64,000 nucleotides of DNA from Candidatus Omnitrophota bacterium. GTDB taxonomy: Bacteria; Omnitrophota; Gorgyraeia; B26-G9. The notes beneath the pieces are model-generated. The model was not told where the DNA came from, searched no databases, and saw only the letters and a list, made by a program, of their open reading frames with translations. Location of the stretch: positions 14,034-78,033 of the forward strand of contig JACQZH010000013.1 of the NCBI GenBank assembly GCA_016213925.1, in the 5' to 3' direction. Both the position numbers and the translations under genes were made by a program. This document shows, in pieces, positions 56,271 to 64,000 of the stretch (position 1 is its first letter; each line of letters opens with the position of its first letter).

Positions 56271-57355
56271 CAACAGTTTCGTTTCTATTTGTTTTAGGGG
56301 TTTTGGTGCTTGCGCATGAATTCGGCCACTTTATTGTGGCAAAATTTTTTAAAGTCCGGGTAGAAATATTTTCAATCGGGTTTGGGCGCAAGATTCTCGG
56401 GATAAAAAAGGGAGATACGGAATACCGGATTTCCTTATTCCCTTTAGGCGGATATGTTAAAATGGCTGGAGATAATCCGGAAGAAGTAAGAAAAGGCGAT
56501 AAAGGTGAATTTTTGTCAAAATCTCCGGGAGAAAGATCAGCGATTGTTTTAGCCGGGCCGGCTTTTAATTACCTAATCTCTTTTTTGATTTTTAGTTTTA
56601 TTTTTTTTACGGGATTTCCCAGATTGATAACCCAATTAGGAGAGGTTAAAGAAAACTATCCGGCGTATGAAGCAGGGATTAAAACAGGCGACAGAATTGT
56701 TTCTATTGATGGTAAAGAAGTTGAATTTTGGGATGACCTTTCGTTAATTATACACGATAAAGTTGAGAATATTCCGGTAAAACTAAGAGTAGAGAGGGAT
56801 GAACAGGTTTTAGAAATTACGGTTATCCCTAAAGTTGAAAGCGTAAAAAATATTTTTGGCGAAGAGCAAAAAATCGGGCTTAGTGGAGTAGCGCCTTCGG
56901 ATGAATCAAAAATTGTGAGATTTCCCCCTTTGGAATCAATTTATTACGGAGCGGAACAAGTAGTTTCTTTGACGAAATTAACTTACTTTTCTTTTTACAA
57001 TATGATTATCGGGAAGATGTCGGTACGCAATTCCCTTGCCGGGCCTGTAGAGATATTTCGCATTACCGGAAAGGAAGCGGAAAAAGGTTTTGTTAATTTG
57101 CTTCATTTGATGGCGGTATTGAGTGTTAGTTTGGCTATTATCAATTTATTTCCGGTCCCGGTTTTAGATGGAGGGCATCTTTTGTTTTTCTTATTTGAAA
57201 AAATAAGAGGAAAACCAGTAGGCATTAAAGGCCAGGAAGTCGCTACGAGGATAGGATTCTCCATTCTTATCGGGCTGATGGTTTTTGTTTTATACAACGA
57301 TTTATCGCGGATTGGTTTTTTTGAGAAAGTTTTTAACCTTTTTTCGAGTAAATGA
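56264..57355 (+). CDS. rseP: RIP metalloprotease RseP
   Basis: HEFGH, FSIGFG, PLGGYVKM, PDZ domain, NLFPVPVLDGGH. Confidence 0.96.
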   Translation: MLATVSFLFVLGVLVLAHEFGHFIVAKFFKVRVEIFSIGFGRKILGIKKGDTEYRISLFPLGGYVKMAGDNPEEVRKGDKGEFLSKSPGERSAIVLAGPAFNYLISFLIFSFIFFTGFPRLITQLGEVKENYPAYEAGIKTGDRIVSIDGKEVEFWDDLSLIIHDKVENIPVKLRVERDEQVLEITVIPKVESVKNIFGEEQKIGLSGVAPSDESKIVRFPPLESIYYGAEQVVSLTKLTYFSFYNMIIGKMSVRNSLAGPVEIFRITGKEAEKGFVNLLHLMAVLSVSLAIINLFPVPVLDGGHLLFFLFEKIRGKPVGIKGQEVATRIGFSILIGLMVFVLYNDLSRIGFFEKVFNLFSSK

Positions 57356-58425
57356 ATTATATGGATATCAAGAGAAGGAAATCAAACAAAATTTTTGCCG
57401 GCGGCGTTCCTATTGGAGGAGATAGCCCGGTTACAATCCAGTCTATGACCACTACTGATACAACTGATGTTAATGCTACGGTGCGCCAGATAAAACGCCT
57501 TGAACGGGTCGGTTGTCAGATAATCAGAGTGGCAGTCTTAAATGAACAGGCTGCTAAAGCAATTATAAAGATAAAGCCTAAAATAAAAATTCCTTTGGTA
57601 GCTGATATCCACTTTGATTATCGGCTTGCGCTTAGCAGTATTAGGTATGGCGCGGACAAGATCAGATTGAATCCTGGTAACATTGAAAAAGAAGCGCATG
57701 TAGAACAGGTTATCAGGCTGGCTAAAGAGTATAAAATACCGATGCGTATAGGCATTAATTCAGGGTCTGTAAAAAGGCATCTTAAGAACAGCCTTGTTGA
57801 GGATATGGTCTCGGCGGCTAGGGAGTATCTTTTGTTATTTGAAAAATATGGATTTTTCGATGTTGTGGTTTCTTTAAAAGCACACGATATTCTTACTACG
57901 ATAGAGGCTTACCGGAGAATGGCTAATGTAAGTGATGTGCCTTTGCATTTGGGGATAACAGCTGCCGGCCCGCTGCAAAGCGGTATAGTTAAATCTTGTA
58001 TCGGTATCGGCGGGTTATTGCTTGAAGGCATTGGCGATACAATAAGAGTTTCTTTAACAGCTGATCCTATAGAGGAAGTTGAAGTTGGGAAAAAGATATT
58101 AGCGGCGCTTGAGCTGCGTAAATCCGGCATAGAGTTGATTTCCTGCCCTACTTGCGGCAGATGTACGATTGACTTGATTAGCCTTGTTAAACAGGCTGAA
58201 AAAAAGATAGCAGTATTAAACCATAATTTTAGCGGAAAAAAATTAAAAGTAGCAATGATGGGGTGTGTTGTTAACGGGCCTCAAGAGGCAAAGGATGCTG
58301 ATATAGGGATCGCATGGGGTGGCAAATCAGGGATTTTATTCAAAAAAGGAAAAAAAATAAGGCTGGTTAAAGAGAGCGAAATTATCGACGTTTTAATTCA
58401 AGAGGTGCGAAATGAGATGGACTGA
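57352..58425 (+). CDS. ispG: 4-hydroxy-3-methylbut-2-en-1-yl diphosphate synthase
   Basis: IQSMT, VADIHF, RLNPGN, GIGDTIRVSL, CPTCGR, MGCVVNGP.E. Confidence 0.97.
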   Translation: MNYMDIKRRKSNKIFAGGVPIGGDSPVTIQSMTTTDTTDVNATVRQIKRLERVGCQIIRVAVLNEQAAKAIIKIKPKIKIPLVADIHFDYRLALSSIRYGADKIRLNPGNIEKEAHVEQVIRLAKEYKIPMRIGINSGSVKRHLKNSLVEDMVSAAREYLLLFEKYGFFDVVVSLKAHDILTTIEAYRRMANVSDVPLHLGITAAGPLQSGIVKSCIGIGGLLLEGIGDTIRVSLTADPIEEVEVGKKILAALELRKSGIELISCPTCGRCTIDLISLVKQAEKKIAVLNHNFSGKKLKVAMMGCVVNGPQEAKDADIGIAWGGKSGILFKKGKKIRLVKESEIIDVLIQEVRNEMD

Positions 58426-60124
58426 ATTTCTCTTGCCTACGCTTAAAGAAATTCCCTCGGAAGCGGAAGCTATAAGCCATATTTTAATGATCCGTGCCGG
58501 TTTGATCCGCAGATTAACTTCAGGGGTATATTCGTATTTGCCTTTAGGTTTGCGTGTGCTAAAAAAAGTTGAAAAAATTATCCGGCAGGAAATGGATTCC
58601 AAGCAGGCGCAGGAGGTCCTTTTGCCGGCAATTCAGCCTATTGAGTTATGGATTAAAAGCGGCCGGTTTGCGGCTCTAGGTGAAGATATGATTACGTTTA
58701 CTGACCGGCATAAAAAAGTTAATGTATTAGGGCCTACACACGAAGAAGTAATTACGGCATTAGTTAAAAATGAGGTTAATTCGTATCGGCAGCTTCCTCT
58801 TATTCTTTACCAGATTCAAACTAAATTCCGCGATGAAGCCAGGCCGCGGTTTGGGGTAATGCGTTCTCGTGAGTTCATCATGAAAGACGCGTACAGTTTT
58901 GACTGTGATGGAGAAGGATTGAATACCAGTTATAATAAAATGTATCAAGCGTATTGCCGGATATTTAAAAGGTGCGGGTTGAATTTTATTGCAGTCGAAG
59001 CGGATACAGGTATTATGGGCGGAGATGTTTCGCATGAATTTATGGTGTTGGCAGAAAATGGCGAAGATATGGTTGTTATCTGTGAAAATTGTAAGTATGC
59101 GGTAAGTATGGATAAGGCGGAATGTGTTAAGCCGGTAACCAGAGGCCAGGAACCAGTAGCCAGAAAAATGGAGGAAGTAAAGACACCTGGTGTTAGTTCG
59201 GTTGAAGATGTAGCGAGATTTTTGAAAGTAGGAGCGGAACAACTGGTCAAAACACTTATATACATAGCGGATGATAAGCCAGTAGCTGTTCTTGTGCGCG
59301 GAGATCATGAAATAAATGAAACAAAACTTAACCGTCTTTTAAAAGCAGGCAGTTTATCTATGGCGGATGAAGAAACAATTCAAAAAGTTACAGGCGGCCC
59401 TTTAGGATTCAGCGGCCCAGTAGGATTAAGCGGCTTAAAAATAATAGCGGACTTAGGTATTGCTGCTTCGTCTAATTTTGTTGTTGGGGCGAATAAATCA
59501 GATGTCCATTTTGTAGGTGTAAATATAGAAAGAGATTTTAAAGTCTGGCAATGGGCAGATGTACGTAATATCATGGACAAAGATATATGTCCAAAATGTA
59601 TGCAGCCGATTAAAATAGAGCAAGCAATAGAAGTTGGGCATGTTTTTAAGCTTGGCACGAAGTATACCGAAAACTTAAATGCTACTTTTCTTGATGAACA
59701 AGGCAAGGCTAAAAAAATTATTATGGGTTGCTATGGTATCGGAGTAACCAGGCTTATTGCCGCTTGTATTGAGCAAAATTGCGATAAAAACGGGATAATC
59801 TGGCCTAAAGAGATTGCTCCGTTTCAGGTAATACTTATGCCGCTTAATACTGCACATGTGTTATCAATGGATTTTGCCAGAACTATTTATGGACATCTAA
59901 CTGAACGCAATATTGAGGTTCTTTTGGATGATCGTGATATTCGTGCCGGAATAAAATTTAAAGATGCGGATTTAATTGGAATCCCTTTGCAGATTATAAT
60001 AGGAGAAAAGAATCTTGAGCAGAACCGTATAGAAATAAAGGAACGAATGACAGGGCAAAGATATATTATTGCGCTGGATGAAGCGTTAAAAAAAACCATT
60101 GAATTGTTAAAAATACCTGGCTGA
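58412..60124 (+). CDS. proS: Proline--tRNA ligase (bacterial type with INS editing domain)
   Basis: GPTHEE, QTKFRDE.RPRFG.MR.REF.MKDAYSF, GHVFKLG, MGCYGIG. Confidence 0.97.
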   Translation: MRWTEFLLPTLKEIPSEAEAISHILMIRAGLIRRLTSGVYSYLPLGLRVLKKVEKIIRQEMDSKQAQEVLLPAIQPIELWIKSGRFAALGEDMITFTDRHKKVNVLGPTHEEVITALVKNEVNSYRQLPLILYQIQTKFRDEARPRFGVMRSREFIMKDAYSFDCDGEGLNTSYNKMYQAYCRIFKRCGLNFIAVEADTGIMGGDVSHEFMVLAENGEDMVVICENCKYAVSMDKAECVKPVTRGQEPVARKMEEVKTPGVSSVEDVARFLKVGAEQLVKTLIYIADDKPVAVLVRGDHEINETKLNRLLKAGSLSMADEETIQKVTGGPLGFSGPVGLSGLKIIADLGIAASSNFVVGANKSDVHFVGVNIERDFKVWQWADVRNIMDKDICPKCMQPIKIEQAIEVGHVFKLGTKYTENLNATFLDEQGKAKKIIMGCYGIGVTRLIAACIEQNCDKNGIIWPKEIAPFQVILMPLNTAHVLSMDFARTIYGHLTERNIEVLLDDRDIRAGIKFKDADLIGIPLQIIIGEKNLEQNRIEIKERMTGQRYIIALDEALKKTIELLKIPG

Positions 60125-60181
60125 CGGTGTGTAAATATTAGTTATTTCCTGAATTAGAACTTGCAAGGTTCAAAAAAAATA

Positions 60182-60220
60182 TTGACATAGGATTAAAATT
60201 ATGTTAATAATGATTTAACA
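60182..60220 (+). promoter_or_regulatory. Putative promoter of the pilus-assembly operon
   Basis: TTGACA (60182-87), 17 bp, TGn-TAATAA. Inverted repeat TGTTAA-N7-TTAACA (60202-20). Confidence 0.5.
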
Positions 60221-60282
60221 ATGAATTAAAGGAAATGATTCGCGTTTAAAAGGATTTTAGAAGAAATAAATGGACTTAAAAT

Positions 60283-61893
60283 ATGTTGTTTTTTAAAACT
60301 ACAGTAGGTCTTTATATTGGCCCTAAGGCTGTACAGCTTGCCGAGCTGCAAGCTGTTGGTAAAAAAATTCAACTAGTAAACTTTATCCATCTTGATATAG
60401 AAGCAGAGCAGGCTGGTAATTTGGATAAAGAAGAGCTTCTAGTTACAACTCTCCGCAAAGCACTTAATAAATCAAAAATAGATCCAAGACGGGTAAATAC
60501 CGTATTGCTGCCAGGGATGGTTTTGCTGCGTTATTTCCAAATGCCTAGAATTAGTGCCGAAGAAATGGAAGAGGCTGTCAGGTTTGAGGCAAGGAAATAT
60601 ATTCCTTTTCGATTGGAGGAAGCGGTAACAGGTTTTTACATTCTTAAGGATGATCATGAAAGCAGAAAAATCGGTATTCTGTCTTTAGTGACTAAAGAAG
60701 AATCTATAAAAAGTCATTTAACTGTTTTGCATAAGGTTAACGTAAGCCCTTCTTCAGTAGAAACAGCTTCTTTTGCGTTATTGCGCCTATTGGAGCATAA
60801 CGCGGAAATTGACCGTCAAAAATCTAATTTAGTGTTATATCTTTATGCGCAAAGGCTTAATATTATTATCTTGAAAAACGGTATCCCCTATTTTGTCCGT
60901 GATATTTCACTGGCTAAAAAAGAGGAATGGATAGACGATGAGGCAGCGGAGTTTTTAATGGGAGGGAAAATAATCCCTTCTGATAACCGGCTTATAACTT
61001 TGGAAAACATGGTCAGCGAACTTAAAATATCGCTAAAAAATAATAAAAAAGAATTAGGGAATGAAGAAGTCAGTAAAGTAGTTCTTTGCGGTGAGCTTGA
61101 TAACTTTGATGATCTTGCTGCGGTAAAAGAAGTGGCGCAGGCGCAACCGGATAATCTGTGTCCTTTGGGTATTTATATTGAAAAGCAGCTGAATGTTCCT
61201 GTGCATATTGTTGATCCTTTGAAGAACGTCATAATTCCGAAAGTAAAGCCGCTTCCCTATACTTTTCCGATGATTGCAGTTACTGTTGGTGCCGGTTTAA
61301 GAAATTTAACCAAATCTACAGTAGAAATAGACTTGTTTAGCGCGCGTAAAAAACCAAGTTTAAAAGCGAAAATTTTTGTATATAAACTTGTTTTAGGCGG
61401 TTTGGCTGCGTTGCTGCTTTCCTATCTTATTATATTTGTTTTTTTTCAAGTTTTTGAATCTAAAGAGAAGAATCTTTTAGAACAAGAAAAACGTAATCGG
61501 CCAAAATTTATGGATTTAAGCCATTTTAGCGACGAACAGCTTAATACCGGGAAAACAGAAATATTGCAGCGTTTGGATATATATAACCAGCTTGTATTAA
61601 AACGCTTTATAGTTACTGATAAATTAAGCATTTTCCCGGAAACTATGATGGAGGATATCTGGCTTAATTCACTTCTATTTACTTATATTACGACATCTGA
61701 CGCAAAGAGCATTAAAAAAGATGTCATATTGCAAATGGAAGGAAATGTGTTCTCTAGTCAAAAAGGCTTGGAAGTAGAGATAGTTAATGATTTTGCTGAA
61801 GCGCTGAAAACTAATGATAAGTTTTATGAAGGGTTTTTGGTAATGAAGTTCCAGTTAACTTGTTATTCTTCCCCTAGCGAGAAAGAAGAATAA
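60283..61893 (+). CDS. pilM: PilM-PilN fusion (type IV pilus alignment complex)
   Basis: Actin-like PilM portion (GLYIG, EARKYIPF, VVLCG, GAGLR), then EIDLF (PilN INLL-like), a TM helix, coiled coil and IWL.SL PilN domain. Confidence 0.8.
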   Translation: MLFFKTTVGLYIGPKAVQLAELQAVGKKIQLVNFIHLDIEAEQAGNLDKEELLVTTLRKALNKSKIDPRRVNTVLLPGMVLLRYFQMPRISAEEMEEAVRFEARKYIPFRLEEAVTGFYILKDDHESRKIGILSLVTKEESIKSHLTVLHKVNVSPSSVETASFALLRLLEHNAEIDRQKSNLVLYLYAQRLNIIILKNGIPYFVRDISLAKKEEWIDDEAAEFLMGGKIIPSDNRLITLENMVSELKISLKNNKKELGNEEVSKVVLCGELDNFDDLAAVKEVAQAQPDNLCPLGIYIEKQLNVPVHIVDPLKNVIIPKVKPLPYTFPMIAVTVGAGLRNLTKSTVEIDLFSARKKPSLKAKIFVYKLVLGGLAALLLSYLIIFVFFQVFESKEKNLLEQEKRNRPKFMDLSHFSDEQLNTGKTEILQRLDIYNQLVLKRFIVTDKLSIFPETMMEDIWLNSLLFTYITTSDAKSIKKDVILQMEGNVFSSQKGLEVEIVNDFAEALKTNDKFYEGFLVMKFQLTCYSSPSEKEE

Positions 61894-61908
61894 AAGAATG
61901 GGAGTGAA

Positions 61909-62442
61909 ATGATAAAAAAAATTATACCTAGGGAAATACAACAATCATTAATACTAGCTATAGCAATTTTTGTCTTTTTGCTTTTTTGGGGAGGGAAGTT
62001 TATATATGGGAAAAGTATTGTTCGTTTGAAAAAGTATTCAGACGAACGCAAACGTTTAAAACTTGAAAATGAAGTGGGGAACAAACTGAATCAGCTGATT
62101 AAAATACGTGAAGAAATGAAGGTGGTTACGGAAAGTTCCCGTTTTTTATCTGAAGTAGCAAAGCTAGCCGGACAAATGAATATGAAGTTAAGTTCGATTG
62201 CAGCTTTACCTGCGGATAAACGTAAGGAGTTAGTGAGCCTGGGAGTAAGTTTAGAGCTGGATACAACCTATCATGAATTGGGCCTTTTTATTAGCAAAGT
62301 AGAAAGTTCTGATTTGTTTATGAGTGTGCAAAAAATGGAAATTGTCAGCAATCTGCAGAAAGAAAACGCGGAAAAACCGCGGATTATTGCTAAACTAGTT
62401 TTAAATACGCTGACTTTAAATGATACTATTTTAGAAAAATGA
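61909..62442 (+). CDS. pilO: PilO-like protein
   Basis: N-terminal TM helix, coiled coil, YHELGLFISKVE, directly after pilMN. Confidence 0.8.
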   Translation: MIKKIIPREIQQSLILAIAIFVFLLFWGGKFIYGKSIVRLKKYSDERKRLKLENEVGNKLNQLIKIREEMKVVTESSRFLSEVAKLAGQMNMKLSSIAALPADKRKELVSLGVSLELDTTYHELGLFISKVESSDLFMSVQKMEIVSNLQKENAEKPRIIAKLVLNTLTLNDTILEK

Positions 62443-62972
62443 TGAAAAAGACGATCTTATTTTATGTGATTATTGCGTTGATTCTATCAAGCATGGGGCA
62501 GGCTTTTGCCGGGAAAAAAGCTGAAAAATCTGAGTCAGCTAAACCGAAAAAATCTGAGTCAGCTAAACCGAAAAAATCTGAGTCAGCTAAAGAGAAAAAA
62601 ATTGAGGCGGATAAAGAGATTGACATTAGTAAAGTGATTAAAGAAGTAAAATATACGGGGTTTGATAAAAGGGATCCTTTTGCTGTTAATAAGCAGTTGG
62701 CAAAAATGCTTAAGACCCCTGAAATATTGCCTGGACAAAAAGAAACACCTGTTAAAATGCCTGCAGTTGATGTGCAAGGTGTAATTTGGAGTAAAAGAAT
62801 GCCGCAGGTTATAATAAATGACGCGGTCATGAAAGCAGGCGATTTTATAGGCGAGTTTGAAATAAAAGAAGTTACTAGAAATGGGATTATTCTTTTTCAT
62901 AAAGGAGTAGAATATAAATTAGGAATTCAAAATAGTGAAGAGAATTCAAAAAGTAAAAAGAAGAAAAAATAA
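62439..62972 (+). CDS. PilP-like protein
   Basis: Signal peptide, RDPF motif, VQGVIW...IIND....GD.I beta domain, between pilO and the secretin. Confidence 0.7.
   Translation: MMKKTILFYVIIALILSSMGQAFAGKKAEKSESAKPKKSESAKPKKSESAKEKKIEADKEIDISKVIKEVKYTGFDKRDPFAVNKQLAKMLKTPEILPGQKETPVKMPAVDVQGVIWSKRMPQVIINDAVMKAGDFIGEFEIKEVTRNGIILFHKGVEYKLGIQNSEENSKSKKKKK
62524..62591 (+). repeat. 24-bp in-frame tandem repeat (~2.8 copies)
   Basis: AAAAATCTGAGTCAGCTAAACCGA repeated with period 24, encoding KSESAKPK. Confidence 0.95.
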
Positions 62973-62983
62973 GGAGTTTTAAG

Positions 62984-64000
62984 ATGAAAAATTTTTTCAG
63001 AATATGTAGCAATATGGCAATGCTGGTGCTGTGTGTGCTGTTGTTTAGCGGCGGTAGATTATTCGCTCAAACCGAGTATTCGGTGGAAGATGATATCGAA
63101 GTGAAAACTCAAGAAGAGGAAGGGGTAGTTTCGCTTGATTTTAAAGATGCTGATCTTCGGGATGTTTTGAAAGTTTTTTCGCAGCAATCCGGGTTGAATT
63201 TTATCGCGGCGAAAGAAATAGAAGAAAAAAAGATTACGCTGTATATGAGTGATGTTAAAGTAGAGGATGCTTTGAAAACATTGTTAGACGCTAACAATTT
63301 AGGAGTGTACCAGGCAGCTGGCAGCAATATACTTATTGTTAGGCAAAAACCAACTGCTCCTTTGCAAACAGAGACACGCGTTTATAAGTTACGTTATTTT
63401 TTCGGTAATATTTCTCCAGGAGCTTATTTGATGGGGGAAAAAAGCTCAGATGCTCGATCAAAAGGTGTTGCGTCGGGATGGGATAATATTATAAAACCAT
63501 TATTAAGTGAATTTGGCTCGATGGTTGCCTATTCTAATCTGGTTATTATTACTGATGTGCCAGAGCGTTTTAAGCTTATAGACCAAGTAATCAGTGAAGT
63601 GGATAAACCTGTTCCTGAAGTAATGATTGAGGTAGAGCTGATAGAAACAACTACTGACTTTTTGAAAGAATTAGGGGTGAAATGGAATAAAGAATTTATC
63701 AGCTATGCCAGCGGCCCTGCGCGGATAACACCCTTTCCTTTTACGCCTTGGGAACAGTATCAATCCGGAGAGATTGGGATTACTCCTTTGTCCAAAGACG
63801 GTGCGGTATTTCAATACGGATTAATTTCATCAACAGCGCTTAGTTGGGTTTTAGAAATGCTTCAAACAAATACAGATACAAAGTTTTTATCTAAACCGCG
63901 TATTTTGTGCCAGGATAGAGAATGGGCAGAGATTAAGATTGTTGCGGACCAGGTGGTTTCACTTAAAACAACCAGAGACAAGGATGGCAATATAGAGATG
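62984..64000 (+). CDS. pilQ: PilQ/GspD-type secretin, running off the window end
   Basis: SD AAGGAG, signal peptide, VSLDFKDADLRDVLKVFSQQSGLNFIA (STN), DKPVPEVMIEVELIE, LSKPRIL. Not in the ORF track because there is no stop in the window. Confidence 0.85.
   Translation, partial: MKNFFRICSNMAMLVLCVLLFSGGRLFAQTEYSVEDDIEVKTQEEEGVVSLDFKDADLRDVLKVFSQQSGLNFIAAKEIEEKKITLYMSDVKVEDALKTLLDANNLGVYQAAGSNILIVRQKPTAPLQTETRVYKLRYFFGNISPGAYLMGEKSSDARSKGVASGWDNIIKPLLSEFGSMVAYSNLVIITDVPERFKLIDQVISEVDKPVPEVMIEVELIETTTDFLKELGVKWNKEFISYASGPARITPFPFTPWEQYQSGEIGITPLSKDGAVFQYGLISSTALSWVLEMLQTNTDTKFLSKPRILCQDREWAEIKIVADQVVSLKTTRDKDGNIEM

Noticed and set aside
53525-60124. uppS-cdsA-dxr-rseP-ispG-proS cluster as novel
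   Set aside because: Widely conserved housekeeping gene order.
1759-63327. All minus-strand ORFs and short alternative-frame plus-strand ORFs in the track (60-182 aa)
   Set aside because: They overlap well-supported + strand genes or their regulatory regions and show no recognisable motifs; treated as shadow ORFs.
1-64000. Transposases, integrases, prophage genes, rRNA/tRNA genes, CRISPR arrays
   Set aside because: None recognised in the ORF track or in the short intergenic regions by eye.

Overview
AT-rich bacterial window with every credible gene on the + strand. The gene style suggests a Candidatus Omnitrophota/PVC-like organism (inference only). (1) 1-45.4 kb: a large surface-glycosylation locus with nucleotide-sugar enzymes (Fcl-, HddA-, HddC-, split transketolase-, E1/ColD-, RfbE-, RmlD-like, ManC), two cobalamin-dependent radical SAM enzymes, methyltransferases, three polyprenyl-phosphate GT2s, an ArnE/F-type flippase, about six GT-C-like membrane proteins, two pseudogenes and an inserted toxin-first AbiE-type TA pair. 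(2) 45.4-46.6 kb: a structured ~250-nt leader carrying c-di-GMP-I riboswitch motifs split by a large insertion, with an overlapping terminator, followed by a very acidic type IV pilin. (3) 46.6-53.5 kb: the best candidate for an undescribed system. A ParA/Soj ATPase with no parB in the window is fused to a glycogen-binding CBM48 domain and clustered with a Walker-A-degenerate FlhG/MinD-like protein and a DUF4912 protein. The latter two carry the same 16-aa ParB-like peptide, conserved at the protein level (9 synonymous versus 1 non-synonymous codon differences). A degenerate nuclease-fold protein, pgeF and a GH57 branching enzyme complete the cluster, which is hypothesised to position glycogen granules. 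(4) 53.5-60.1 kb: uppS-cdsA-dxr-rseP-ispG-proS. (5) 60.3 kb to end: pilM-pilN fusion, pilO, pilP-like gene and a secretin truncated by the window edge. All family assignments are from motif recognition by eye; no searches were run.
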